Of a stretch of DNA of 55,628 bases, positions 27,163 to 36,158 are shown in pieces. The stretch's first letter is position 1, and each line of letters opens with the position of its first letter. The notes under the pieces were generated by a model that saw nothing but the letters and a program-made list of their open reading frames with translations, was not told the origin of the DNA and did not search any database. The position numbers were made by a program, and so were the translations under genes. The stretch is from an uncultured Candidatus Saccharibacteria bacterium (GTDB lineage: Bacteria; Patescibacteriota; Minisyncoccia; Phycocordibacterales; PALSA-1337): contig CAZNYP010000002.1 in NCBI GenBank assembly GCA_964577365.1, forward strand, positions 1-55,628, written 5' to 3'.

Positions 27163-28746
27163 CTACATGTTGCTTGGTACCTTTATGGCGAGTACTTTGA
27201 GGCCGTTTTCCATAGTATGGGCAAATGCTTTGGTGAGTGCCAGGCGATACCCGGTATCCTCCCCTGCATCGAGGATTTTGTTGTGGGCATAGTAGTTGTT
27301 AAAGGCACTTGCGAGCTCAAGGAGGTAGGTCACGATATGATGTGGTGCGTATTCGGTCTGAGCGCGAAGGACGATCTCTGGAAATCGCACAAGGATGTGA
27401 TCGAGGTCGCTCACGGCTGCACGCTCGATCGGTGTAGTCTGTGCTTTGGCCAAAATACTTCGAGCACGGACCGTAGCGTACTGGAGATACGGTCCCGAGT
27501 CCCCTTCAAATGACACCGACTGCTCACGGTCAAAAATAATATCGCCACCCACTGCCTGACGGAGTACTGAAAACTTGATCGCACCGATAGCAATCGCCTC
27601 GGTATCAGACTCAGCGTTTTTTTCTTTTACTACTTCCTGAATATCCTTTATCAGATCCTCACCAGCGATGATATTCCCCTTTCGAGAAGACATTTTACCC
27701 TCTGCAAAACGGAGCATGCCGTGACCGAATTGTTTGATGTTGTATTTTGGATCGATTTTCTGTAGCGCCTCTTTTACCACTCTAAAATAATCATTTTGTT
27801 CGTTCCCAGTGATGATGAGTGAAAAAGCAAGATGGGGAAACTCGCTGAATTTCTTTGTGGTCAGACCGAGCTCTTTTGCTTCGTATGTTGGCAACCCTTT
27901 CGAGTTTAAAAATACACGAGTGTGTGAGCCTTTGAATACGGTGGCTCCTTCACTTTGTTCAAATACCTGCGGATTATCTTTTACCATTTTGATTCCATCC
28001 TGTGCTACTTCACTTTCAAAAAAGTATTTATCAAAATGAGTATCGAGTTTTTTATAAATACTTTCAAAATATTCCAGACTCAAAGCACGACCGAGATCGT
28101 AGTATTTGTTTACTTCTGGATCAGACTTCTCAAAAATCTTTTTGTTGAGTTCATCAATTTCTGCTTTATTGTTTTCGTACTCATTATTTCCGATTACGTA
28201 TATCTTCCCCCAATATTCGATGGTGTTTTGGAAATTCTCCTTGTCTTTAAGTAGTGCCCAAATAGCTTTGGCTACATGCAGCCCCACATCACCCTGGTAG
28301 CAGTCTCGGATCACCTTAGCTCCACCGAATTCAATGAGTCGTGCAAAGGTCTCGCCTATCGCATTGTTCATAAGGTGACCGATGTGGAATACCTTGAATG
28401 GATTTGGATTCGTATACTCAACCATTACCTCCTGACCTTTATAGAGATCATTCTTCCCCACCTCCGCAGTTGTCGCTTTTATTTTATTTGAAATATAGTC
28501 GTCTGATAGAAAAAAGTTTATGTATCCTGGACCTGCGATCTCTACCTTTGATATTTCTTTTGGAAGCGAGAGTCCTGCGACGATTTTTTCTGCTGCCTGT
28601 TTTGGAGACATTTTCCACTCTTTGGCGAGCGCAAAAGCAACCGGAGACGCATAGTCACCCTGGGCAAAATTTTCGGTATGAGAAAGGGGAATGGTGATCG
28701 TTTCACCCACCGCCTTTTGTAGCGTATTCTTAATGAGGTCTTGCAT
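27163..28746 (-). CDS. argS: arginine--tRNA ligase
   Basis: NPNPFKVFHIGHL (HIGH-type), MSSRKGN (KMSK-type), and a C-terminal anticodon-binding DALR-like region. ATG 28746 is preceded by TGCTATATT + 6 nt. Confidence 0.95.
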   Translation of the reverse strand: MQDLIKNTLQKAVGETITIPLSHTENFAQGDYASPVAFALAKEWKMSPKQAAEKIVAGLSLPKEISKVEIAGPGYINFFLSDDYISNKIKATTAEVGKNDLYKGQEVMVEYTNPNPFKVFHIGHLMNNAIGETFARLIEFGGAKVIRDCYQGDVGLHVAKAIWALLKDKENFQNTIEYWGKIYVIGNNEYENNKAEIDELNKKIFEKSDPEVNKYYDLGRALSLEYFESIYKKLDTHFDKYFFESEVAQDGIKMVKDNPQVFEQSEGATVFKGSHTRVFLNSKGLPTYEAKELGLTTKKFSEFPHLAFSLIITGNEQNDYFRVVKEALQKIDPKYNIKQFGHGMLRFAEGKMSSRKGNIIAGEDLIKDIQEVVKEKNAESDTEAIAIGAIKFSVLRQAVGGDIIFDREQSVSFEGDSGPYLQYATVRARSILAKAQTTPIERAAVSDLDHILVRFPEIVLRAQTEYAPHHIVTYLLELASAFNNYYAHNKILDAGEDTGYRLALTKAFAHTMENGLKVLAIKVPSNM

Positions 28747-28774
28747 GAGAGAAATATAGCATTTTTGTTCTATA

Positions 28775-28809
28775 TATAAAAGAAGTCTCGGCACGATTGC
28801 GCCGAGACT
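28775..28809 (-). terminator. rho-independent terminator of the 28838..29362 orphan gene
   Basis: 9-bp stem AGTCTCGGC (28784-28792) / GCCGAGACT (28801-28809), followed on the minus strand by UUCUUUUAU. Confidence 0.7.
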
Positions 28810-28837
28810 GTCCAAAGTTCATATTTCTAGATCCTAC

Positions 28838-29362
28838 TTAGATAAAAACTGGGTTAAAGTGCACAGGTGAGGTAACAATTAGTTCTTGGTGAACGATGCG
28901 AACTGCGGTGGGGTACTGAACACCTGGCCGTGGATCCCAATCCTCCAGGTATTCATATTGCCAGAGCTCGGATTCAGGTGCGTCAACTTCGCGCATGTAG
29001 TCCCTCGCCCTTTCGGTCACCAAAGCGTGATAGGGCCTCCAGGTCACATCGAGCGTGACGATCCCTTCCTCCTTTGGCGAAGAAAAGAGGTGCTTGTGCC
29101 GACGAGCACCTGGGAACCTATCCTTGAGCTTGGGGACCACGAACGCTTCGAGAAAAGTACTTTCATGAACATCGTCAGGAGTGTACCCTTCTGACCACAT
29201 AAACTGTTCGAGTTCTCCATTCACTTCGACAGTTGCAATGAGATACCACCGTGTCCCAAACACCCTGATCAGGGCATCTGTACGTGGGTCGAACTGATTC
29301 GACCTGTTGCTCTCTGCCCGGAGATATCCATGACAGAGTTGGGGATTGATTTCAGCGTTCAT
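28838..29362 (-). CDS. hypothetical protein, compositionally atypical orphan (B)
   Basis: 174-aa ORF with an ATG start and its own terminator. Arg-rich and Lys-poor. No recognisable motif. Confidence 0.6.
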   Translation of the reverse strand: MNAEINPQLCHGYLRAESNRSNQFDPRTDALIRVFGTRWYLIATVEVNGELEQFMWSEGYTPDDVHESTFLEAFVVPKLKDRFPGARRHKHLFSSPKEEGIVTLDVTWRPYHALVTERARDYMREVDAPESELWQYEYLEDWDPRPGVQYPTAVRIVHQELIVTSPVHFNPVFI

Positions 29363-29380
29363 AACACCAAAAACACAATA

Positions 29381-30547
29381 CTATTTTCTCAGTATTTTGT
29401 CAATCCTTTCCGCTATTTTCACCATATCCTTTTCCTTTTTCCCTCTCGTCGTCTCTGCTGGGGTTCCGAGTCGAATACCTGACGGATCCATCGGTGGTCG
29501 TGTGTCGAATGGGATCGCGTTTTTATTTACAATAATACCGGCTTTTTCGAGACGGTCTGAGGCCTGACTTCCAGAAATACCGTTTGCAGCAGTATCTACG
29601 AGGAGCAAGTGGGTATCGGTTCCGCCAGAGACGATTCTCCATCCACGCTTTGTGAGCTCTGCTGAAAGCGCTTTGGCATTTTTGATAATTTGGTGCGCGT
29701 AATTTTTAAAGCTAGGCTGGATTGCTTCTTTGAGAATGACAGCGACAGAAGCAATTTGATTTATGTGAGGTCCACCCTGGAGACCTGGAAAAACCGCTCG
29801 GTCGATCTTCTTTCCCATTTCTCTAGAATCAATCTTTGCATATATGATTGCAGAGCGTGGACCACGCAGAGTTTTGTGCGTAGTGTGAGTCACTATATCT
29901 GCGTATGGGAATGGTGAGGGATATGCCTTGCCCGCTACAAGTCCTGCAAAGTGTGACATGTCGACCATGAGGAGCGCTCCACATGCATCAGCAATTTCTC
30001 TAAACTTCTTAAAATCGATAATGCGTGGATATGCAGTATACCCAGCAACAATGATATGTGGTTTATTTTCGATTGCGATTTTCTTTAAATTTTCATAATC
30101 GATAATTTCGGTAGTTTTGTCCACTCCATAAGGAACCTGGGTCCAGATCTTTCCCGTCGCTGAAACTTTGTGGCCGTGAGTGAGATGTCCTCCCTGATCG
30201 AGACTCATTCCCATGATTTTTCCTCCCAATGGGACAAGGGCTGTGTACACTGCAAGATTTGCTGGAGAGCCAGAGAGCGCCTGTACATTTACATGCCATG
30301 TGTCCCTCTTTAAACCAAACAATTTTAACGCACGTTCAATCGCCAGATTCTCAACCTTGTCGACGACTTCGTTTCCACCATAGTATCGCTTGCCCGGATA
30401 CCCCTCAGCGTACTTGTTGTTGAACTCAGAGCCCAACGCCTTGAGTGCATCCTGGGACATATAGTTCTCAGACGGAATGAGGTTGATGACACTCTTTTGG
30501 CGTTTCTTTTCGGTATCGATGAGTTTCTGTACAGTAGTATCTTTCAT
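29381..30547 (-). CDS. glyA: serine hydroxymethyltransferase
   Basis: LIPSENY, YAEGYPGKRYYGG and TTHKTLRGPR (PLP lysine) motifs. ATG 30547 is preceded by TGTTACAAT + 6 nt; the track ORF is extended to 30658. Confidence 0.96.
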   Translation of the reverse strand: MKDTTVQKLIDTEKKRQKSVINLIPSENYMSQDALKALGSEFNNKYAEGYPGKRYYGGNEVVDKVENLAIERALKLFGLKRDTWHVNVQALSGSPANLAVYTALVPLGGKIMGMSLDQGGHLTHGHKVSATGKIWTQVPYGVDKTTEIIDYENLKKIAIENKPHIIVAGYTAYPRIIDFKKFREIADACGALLMVDMSHFAGLVAGKAYPSPFPYADIVTHTTHKTLRGPRSAIIYAKIDSREMGKKIDRAVFPGLQGGPHINQIASVAVILKEAIQPSFKNYAHQIIKNAKALSAELTKRGWRIVSGGTDTHLLLVDTAANGISGSQASDRLEKAGIIVNKNAIPFDTRPPMDPSGIRLGTPAETTRGKKEKDMVKIAERIDKILRK

Positions 30548-30661
30548 AGGGTGATTGTAACAAATTGGAGCTAAAAAGAGAAAGGGTCGCCAGCAAAAGC
30601 CGACGACCCCAACTTCCCACTTAACAGAAGGATGGTGCGAAAACACCTCACTAATCATATC

Positions 30662-31639
30662 TTATTTGCGTTTCTTTTTCACCACCCTGTCCTTTTCATT
30701 GAACCCTCCTGCCACCGTCATTGCCGCTTTGAGTGTCGGATGTGGATCGTAGTCCTCGAGGGTCACCATGTCAGGAGTAAATGTATCGAGATCTTTTATC
30801 TTGTCGCTCAAGACTAGCCGTGGGAAATTTTTTGGTTTTCGTTTTAGCTGCTCTTTTACCTGTGGAATATGGTCTTCGTAAATATGTGCATCACCGAGCG
30901 TATGGATAAATTCCCCCGGCTTGTACCCTGCTAGTTTTGCCACAACCATCGTGAGTGCGGCATAGCTCGCGATGTTAAATGGAACTCCGAGGAACATGTC
31001 GCAGCTACGTTGATACAAAAGGCATGAGAGTTTGTCACCTGATACATTGAAATGAAAGAGGATGTGGCAGAGTGGAAATGAAAGGGCCTCACCTGGCTTT
31101 GCCATGGCATATAGAAACTGAGGATTCCACGCAGAAAGGACTGCGTGTTTTCGTTCTGGAAAATTCTTGAGCGTATCGACCACCCAGCGCAGCTGATCGA
31201 TCGTCCGCCCATCAGCCGCAGGCCATGCACGCCACTGTTCCCCATAAATACGTGGAAGCTCACCGTGTAGCTTTGCAAACTTTTTATCGGTCTTTATCTT
31301 TTCGACAAATTCTTCTTTTGAAAGCTGCGGCAGTTTCTTTTTATCTGCTTTTGCTTTATAAATTTTGTATGGATAATCGTTCCAAATGGGAACTCCGTGG
31401 TCAACGAGATATTTTATGTTTGTCTGCCCCGACATGAACCAGTACAGCTCGTGCATGATACTGTTCCATGGCACTTTTTTGGTAGTTAAAAGAGGAAATC
31501 CTTTTGAAAGATCAAAGCGCATTTGCCGACCAAACACACTAGTGAGACCGGTGCCAGTATTGTGATCATGCTTTTTTGTCCCGTTCTTCAAAATATCTTT
31601 GAGGAGATCGAGATATTGTTGTTCGGGGTGATTTTTCAT
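30662..31639 (-). CDS. thyA: thymidylate synthase ThyA (long form with internal insert)
   Basis: QYLDLL, GTGLTSVFG, LPLCHILFHF (catalytic Cys) and DAHIYEDH motifs; 325 aa with a Lys-rich C-terminal tail. Confidence 0.95.
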   Translation of the reverse strand: MKNHPEQQYLDLLKDILKNGTKKHDHNTGTGLTSVFGRQMRFDLSKGFPLLTTKKVPWNSIMHELYWFMSGQTNIKYLVDHGVPIWNDYPYKIYKAKADKKKLPQLSKEEFVEKIKTDKKFAKLHGELPRIYGEQWRAWPAADGRTIDQLRWVVDTLKNFPERKHAVLSAWNPQFLYAMAKPGEALSFPLCHILFHFNVSGDKLSCLLYQRSCDMFLGVPFNIASYAALTMVVAKLAGYKPGEFIHTLGDAHIYEDHIPQVKEQLKRKPKNFPRLVLSDKIKDLDTFTPDMVTLEDYDPHPTLKAAMTVAGGFNEKDRVVKKKRK

Positions 31640-32202
31640 TATTTCTTTTTACTGATCTTTACCTTCTTTGGAGCAATGTATGAATTCCAGTCTTTGCCGT
31701 TGTATCTACCGTAGTCGGCATAGTCTCTCTGTGTAGCACCACTCATCTCAGAAAATGTGAGCTGGCCGATCTGCATACCGGGACGAAGGACGATCGGTAC
31801 TTTGTTGAGGTTACATAGTTCAAAGGTGATGTTTAGAAAGTGGCCAGGGTTGATGAGACCTGCGGTGTTGTGCACGAGGAGACCGATGCGAGCGAGACTG
31901 CTTTTTCCGTGGAGCTGGACCAAATACTTTCGAGATCCAAAAAAATCCTTTGAGGTACCGAGGATACTCACCCCTGGGTGCAGTATGTATTCACCACCTT
32001 CTTCGACGATCGCTTCGTACATGTTTGCAAATACATGTTTCTCCGGGTCGATCAGCTTTGTCGAGTGCGACTGAGTCACGAGGAATTTTGTCCCGAGACA
32101 TATATCGTAACTCGCCGGACCCAAACGTTTTGGATCAAAGTCCTTTATTACTATTTCTCCATCTTTTATTGCTTTCTTTATATCTTTATCGCAGAGGTAC
32201 AT
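31639..32202 (-). CDS. dcd: dCTP deaminase
   Basis: 187 aa; GPASYDICLG, HGKSSLARIGL and AGLINPGH motifs. Its stop overlaps the thyA start (TAATG). Confidence 0.9.
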   Translation of the reverse strand: MYLCDKDIKKAIKDGEIVIKDFDPKRLGPASYDICLGTKFLVTQSHSTKLIDPEKHVFANMYEAIVEEGGEYILHPGVSILGTSKDFFGSRKYLVQLHGKSSLARIGLLVHNTAGLINPGHFLNITFELCNLNKVPIVLRPGMQIGQLTFSEMSGATQRDYADYGRYNGKDWNSYIAPKKVKISKKK

Positions 32203-32210
32203 GGTGGTAT

Positions 32211-32891
32211 TTATTCAATAATAAAAGTTTTTTCTGTTCCATAATACTCGGGCCAATGAGTATTATAGTGCGCAAACATGCGCTCGAGTCTATCTTGTGG
32301 CAATTCGGAAATACCCAGTAGCCGCATGGTGTCGAGTAGCTCCATTCGAACTTTTTCGAGATCTGCCTCTACTGTAGTCAGTTTTTCAAATTCTACTACA
32401 TATCCGTATCCAGCATTTTTATCGAGGCATACGTTTATATCCCCAGCCTGATACACCTCTCGCTCACGAGACCATTTTGCTTGATACACACAACCCGCAG
32501 CAAGGAGCATCGCATCGAGATCGACGAGAGTCTTTGGGATGACCGCTTCGAACTCGATACGCTTTACCCCATTTGCACTCGTATCATCCCCTACCGATGC
32601 CTTGATCACAAATAGGACTTTGCCATTTGTATCACGAGTGCGTATAGAGATTTTCTTTCCCTCTTTTACAATGAGGTCGAGTGAGGTGACCTGTTCTGGT
32701 GTAAGAAATACACTGATTTCTTTTTTCAAAAGTGAGAGATCTGCAGGAGCAACAAAATAATGATTGAGCTGTTTTTCTTTATTCTCTAGTTTTGTCTGTG
32801 GGAACTTTTCCTGAAGACGAGAAATCAAACCAGAAGCGTTTTCTTGTGATCCTAGCAAACTCTTTATTTCTACTTCATAGATATGACTCAT
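32211..32891 (-). CDS. CYTH-domain (triphosphate tunnel metalloenzyme) protein
   Basis: N-terminal YEVEIK (ExExK) signature; 226 aa. ATG is preceded by TATAAT + 6 nt. Confidence 0.75.
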   Translation of the reverse strand: MSHIYEVEIKSLLGSQENASGLISRLQEKFPQTKLENKEKQLNHYFVAPADLSLLKKEISVFLTPEQVTSLDLIVKEGKKISIRTRDTNGKVLFVIKASVGDDTSANGVKRIEFEAVIPKTLVDLDAMLLAAGCVYQAKWSREREVYQAGDINVCLDKNAGYGYVVEFEKLTTVEADLEKVRMELLDTMRLLGISELPQDRLERMFAHYNTHWPEYYGTEKTFIIE

Positions 32892-32966
32892 AGACCTATT
32901 ATACCCCCCTCAAAATAAAGCAAAAGATGACAAACCAACAAAAACAATATCTGATATACTTTAGAC

Positions 32967-33464
32967 ATGATTACATTCATGATCGCTGCTATGACCGCTG
33001 ACGGATTTATCGCTCGAGATGCCCATCATCCAGCCTTTTGGTCAAGCAAAGAGGACAAAAAACGCTTTGTGGAACTCACCAAACGAGCAGGTGTCATCGT
33101 TATGGGTTCGACCACCTACAAGACACTCCCTCGCCCTCTCGCTGAACGAGTAAATATCGTCTACAGCCGCTCAAAGCAGTTTGAAGGAGTGGAAATGACC
33201 CAGAGTGACCCTCGCACCCTGCTGACCGAGCTCGAAGGACGTGGTTTTAAAGAAGTTGCGATCTGTGGAGGTGCCGAGATCTACAATCTCTTTTTACGAG
33301 CAAAATCGATTCAAAAAATATATCTTACTGTAGAACCACTGCTGTTTGGAAAAGGGGTAACGATGTTCAAAGACGAAGTAAACTTTCGCCTCGAGCTCAT
33401 GAATATTGAAAAGACAGAACACGGCGCACTCATGCTCGAGTATAACGTGCACTATAGTTCATAA
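32967..33464 (+). CDS. dihydrofolate-reductase-like protein (RibD C-terminal domain family)
   Basis: 165 aa; IAAMTADGFIA...WSSKEDKKRF...VIVMGSTTYKTLP...AICGGAEIY pattern of the RibD_C/DHFR-like fold. ATG is preceded by TGATATACT + 6 nt. Confidence 0.8.
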   Translation: MITFMIAAMTADGFIARDAHHPAFWSSKEDKKRFVELTKRAGVIVMGSTTYKTLPRPLAERVNIVYSRSKQFEGVEMTQSDPRTLLTELEGRGFKEVAICGGAEIYNLFLRAKSIQKIYLTVEPLLFGKGVTMFKDEVNFRLELMNIEKTEHGALMLEYNVHYSS

Positions 33465-33499
33465 AAAAACACCCATGGACTCGCTAGTCGCATAGGTGT
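33462..33499 (-). terminator. terminator hairpin oriented for the 33521..33973 gene
   Basis: Minus strand reads ACACCUAUGCGACUAGCGAGUCCAUGGGUGU followed by UUUUUUU. Confidence 0.6.
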
Positions 33500-33520
33500 G
33501 TAAATAAAAACGATGGATGT

Positions 33521-33973
33521 TCAGCCGATTTGGCCCGGCGCCGTCTGTGCGTTTTTGAGAATTCCTATAAGACCTTCGTCTGGAACTCCCAATCGAGAAG
33601 CTTCCACGACAACGTCTACCTCATCATGAACCTGCTCTAAAGTGAGCGGTGACTCAGGATCTGGTACCAAGACTGGGTGCCTCTTTCTGAGGACACTCAC
33701 AATCCCATCCTGCATACTGCCCAGACTTCGGAAGTGATGGATGTTGTTAAGTTCACGATCTACAGGACTTGTTCCAGACCGTATCGCTATGACAACGTCA
33801 GGAATACAACTCACATCAGCATCCTCTTTGAGATACGAGTAGCAAGGGATGATTATGTCGCTGCCTTCGCGTCCCCGATTTAGCTCCTCACTGATAGCTC
33901 GGAGCAGGTCTTCGGAAATCTGGTGAGCATTGTTACCGGAGTGGCGCAAGAATACAATATGTACAATGTGCAT
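33521..33973 (-). CDS. hypothetical protein, orphan (C)
   Basis: 150 aa from ATG 33973 (track ORF starts at GTG 33994). Has its own terminator. No recognisable motif. Confidence 0.55.
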   Translation of the reverse strand: MHIVHIVFLRHSGNNAHQISEDLLRAISEELNRGREGSDIIIPCYSYLKEDADVSCIPDVVIAIRSGTSPVDRELNNIHHFRSLGSMQDGIVSVLRKRHPVLVPDPESPLTLEQVHDEVDVVVEASRLGVPDEGLIGILKNAQTAPGQIG

Positions 33974-34013
33974 GTTTGATACCTTTCGTTCCACAACAGA
34001 CTACACCAAACGC

Positions 34014-34051
34014 AAAGAAAAAACCACTCTCTCGAGTGGTTTTTTCTTTTT
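34014..34051. terminator. rho-independent terminator after rplK
   Basis: CCACTC / GAGTGG stem (34024-34039) flanked by an A-rich and a T-rich run. Confidence 0.7.
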
Positions 34052-34054
34052 TAT

Positions 34055-34477
34055 CTATTTTACATCCACTCCCATGTTTCGAGCTGATCCTTCGATGATT
34101 CGCATTGCTGCGTTGATGTCGGTAGTGTTGAGATCTGGAAGTTTCTTTTCTGCAATTGCTTTGAGCTGTGCCTTTGTGAGTGTTCCGATCTTTGCAGTGT
34201 TTGGCTTGCCTGATCCCTTTTCCTTTCCGAGAGCCTTTAGAATGAGACTAGACGCTGGAGGGGTTTTTAGAACAAAGTCATAGGTACGGTCCTCGAATAC
34301 AGTGATTTCTACTGGAACGATATCGCCCATCATTTCTTTGGTAGCATCGTTGAACTTCTTTACAAAGTCTCCGATGTTGATACCCGCCTGGCCTAGAGCC
34401 GGACCTACTGGAGGTGCTGGGTTAGCCTTCCCTGCTGGGATGACGAGTTTTAGCTTTTTAGTGATTTTCTTTGCCAT
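34055..34477 (-). CDS. rplK: 50S ribosomal protein L11
   Basis: 140 aa; [23 protein letters not shown] signature. Confidence 0.97.
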   Translation of the reverse strand: MAKKITKKLKLVIPAGKANPAPPVGPALGQAGINIGDFVKKFNDATKEMMGDIVPVEITVFEDRTYDFVLKTPPASSLILKALGKEKGSGKPNTAKIGTLTKAQLKAIAEKKLPDLNTTDINAAMRIIEGSARNMGVDVK

Positions 34478-34501
34478 ATTGGTTAGTTACAGTACTTTAT
34501 A

Positions 34502-35047
34502 TTAAATCTTCTTTACTTGCAAGAAGTCGAGCTCGACTGGAGTCTCTCGACCGAACATCGCTACGAGCACTTTTACCTTGCCTCGTTCGGTGTCTACTTC
34601 CCCTACCTTACCCTCGAGATCCTTAAATGGTCCATCAACAATCTTTACGAGATCGTCAACAATGAGGTCGATATTGTGAGAAACGGTGTCTTTTGACATA
34701 CGTGAAAAGAGTCCTTCTACTTCTTTTTTGGAAAGAGGTACTGGGACCACTCCAGAACCGACGAATCCGGTCACACGAGGAGTATTTCGTACGACATACC
34801 ATGAATCATCAGTTACCACCATATCCACGAGGATGTATCCGGGATAGATTTTCTCCTCTTCTTCGACACGCTTGCCGGCCTTTATTTTAATCTTCTTTTC
34901 AGTCGGAACGAGTACCGCAAAAATACGATCCTGCATACCGAGAGAGTCAATACGCTGCTTTAGATTTCGAGCCACCGCATTTTCATATCCAGAGTAGGTG
35001 TGGATGGCGTACCAGTTTCGATCTGTGTTTCCTTGTTGTTTTGACAT
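34502..35047 (-). CDS. nusG: transcription termination/antitermination factor NusG
   Basis: WYAIHTYSGYENAV NGN domain and a C-terminal KOW (VKIVDGPFKDLEGKVGEV). Confidence 0.96.
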   Translation of the reverse strand: MSKQQGNTDRNWYAIHTYSGYENAVARNLKQRIDSLGMQDRIFAVLVPTEKKIKIKAGKRVEEEEKIYPGYILVDMVVTDDSWYVVRNTPRVTGFVGSGVVPVPLSKKEVEGLFSRMSKDTVSHNIDLIVDDLVKIVDGPFKDLEGKVGEVDTERGKVKVLVAMFGRETPVELDFLQVKKI

Positions 35048-35051
35048 GGGT

Positions 35052-35222
35052 TTATATAAAAAGTTTTAGGATTTGAGCAAAGAGATAATCAAAGCCTCCG
35101 AGAACAACTGCGGTAAGTACTGAAAACACAATGACCACAATAGAATATGCAATAGCCTGTGAACGAGTCGGCCACTTTACATGCTTCAATTCTGCTTTTG
35201 TATCTCGTAGATAATCAAACAT
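35052..35222 (-). CDS. secE: preprotein translocase subunit SecE
   Basis: 56 aa from ATG 35222: MFDYLRDTKAELKHVKWPTRSQ followed by one TM helix. Canonical secE-nusG-rplK order. Confidence 0.88.
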   Translation of the reverse strand: MFDYLRDTKAELKHVKWPTRSQAIAYSIVVIVFSVLTAVVLGGFDYLFAQILKLFI

Positions 35223-35240
35223 AGTGTTATTTATTCCTAA

Positions 35241-35298
35241 TAAAAAACCCCGCTGCGGGGTAATGCACATATAGTAGCATAACCCTGTAAATTGTAAA
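35241..35298 (-). promoter_or_regulatory. secE-nusG-rplK promoter plus leader hairpin with U-tract
   Basis: Minus strand reads TTTACA (35298-35293), 16 nt, TGCTACTAT (35279-35271). A CCCCG-CAG-CGGGG hairpin plus UUUUUU (35260-35242) follows, about 20 nt before the secE ATG. Confidence 0.45.
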
Positions 35299-35314
35299 GG
35301 TCCCCAGTGGGCGA

Positions 35315-35348
35315 CAAAAAAAACACCACCCGGAGGTGGTGTTTTTTG
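35315..35348 (-). terminator. rho-independent terminator after the SIMPL-domain gene
   Basis: ACACCACC / GGTGGTGT stem (35323-35342) with flanking A-run and T-run. Confidence 0.75.
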
Positions 35349-35357
35349 TCGAGAAAT

Positions 35358-36158
35358 TTATCGTATCTCGTAGGTAATACTGACGTTTGAAGTAATTTTT
35401 TGATCTCCTGTTGGGATCTCAGGCGCCGCTGCTGGTCGAGCTGAGCCAACCTCCATCATCATGTCACCTCCCTTTGCGTAGTATGGGAAGTAATTTCCGT
35501 TTTCAGAGAAACTACTGATACGAACGAGTCGTACACCGAGCATATCTGCGAGGTCTTCAGCCTTTTGCTTTGCCTGCTCGATCGCAATCTCTCGAGCTTT
35601 TGCTTTCAGTTCATCCTGCTTTTCAACAGTAAATGAAATATTTCCTACATTTTCTACACCACTTGCAGTGACATCAGTGATGAGCTGGCCTACCTTTGTG
35701 AGATCGCGAACCCGGACCTCAATGGTCTGAGCCACCTCATATCCTACAAATGTTTGCTTTCCGCTCACACAGCGATACATATTACAATCTGCTCCAGTGT
35801 ATTCGTATTTTGGATTGATCGAGTATCCTACGTTTTTGATATCTGGCTCGAGGACACCTGCTTTCTTGACGATATCGAGTGCTTTGTTGATAGAAACTGC
35901 AGCTGCATCACGAGCAACGTTTACTGTCTTTGCAGTCTCGGTGACCCCAAAGCTAAATGTTGCAATGTCTGGAACTGCTACCTCTTCTCCCTCACCGCTT
36001 ACGGTGATGTAGTTGAGGTTATTTTGACCCCCTACGTACTTTATAGACTTCCACTCCTTTACTGATAATACGATTACATATAATGATAAGAGGACAGCAA
36101 GAATCGCGCCTGCTCCCAATAAAAATTGTTTGTTATTTCCTTCCATACCCGCTATCAT
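35358..36158 (-). CDS. SIMPL-domain (DUF541) periplasmic/anchored protein
   Basis: 266 aa with an N-terminal TM helix. ITVSGEGEEVAVPDIATFSFGV...GYEVAQTIEVRVRDL...AKAREIAIEQAKQKAEDLA matches SIMPL family architecture. Confidence 0.8.
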   Translation of the reverse strand: MIAGMEGNNKQFLLGAGAILAVLLSLYVIVLSVKEWKSIKYVGGQNNLNYITVSGEGEEVAVPDIATFSFGVTETAKTVNVARDAAAVSINKALDIVKKAGVLEPDIKNVGYSINPKYEYTGADCNMYRCVSGKQTFVGYEVAQTIEVRVRDLTKVGQLITDVTASGVENVGNISFTVEKQDELKAKAREIAIEQAKQKAEDLADMLGVRLVRISSFSENGNYFPYYAKGGDMMMEVGSARPAAAPEIPTGDQKITSNVSITYEIR

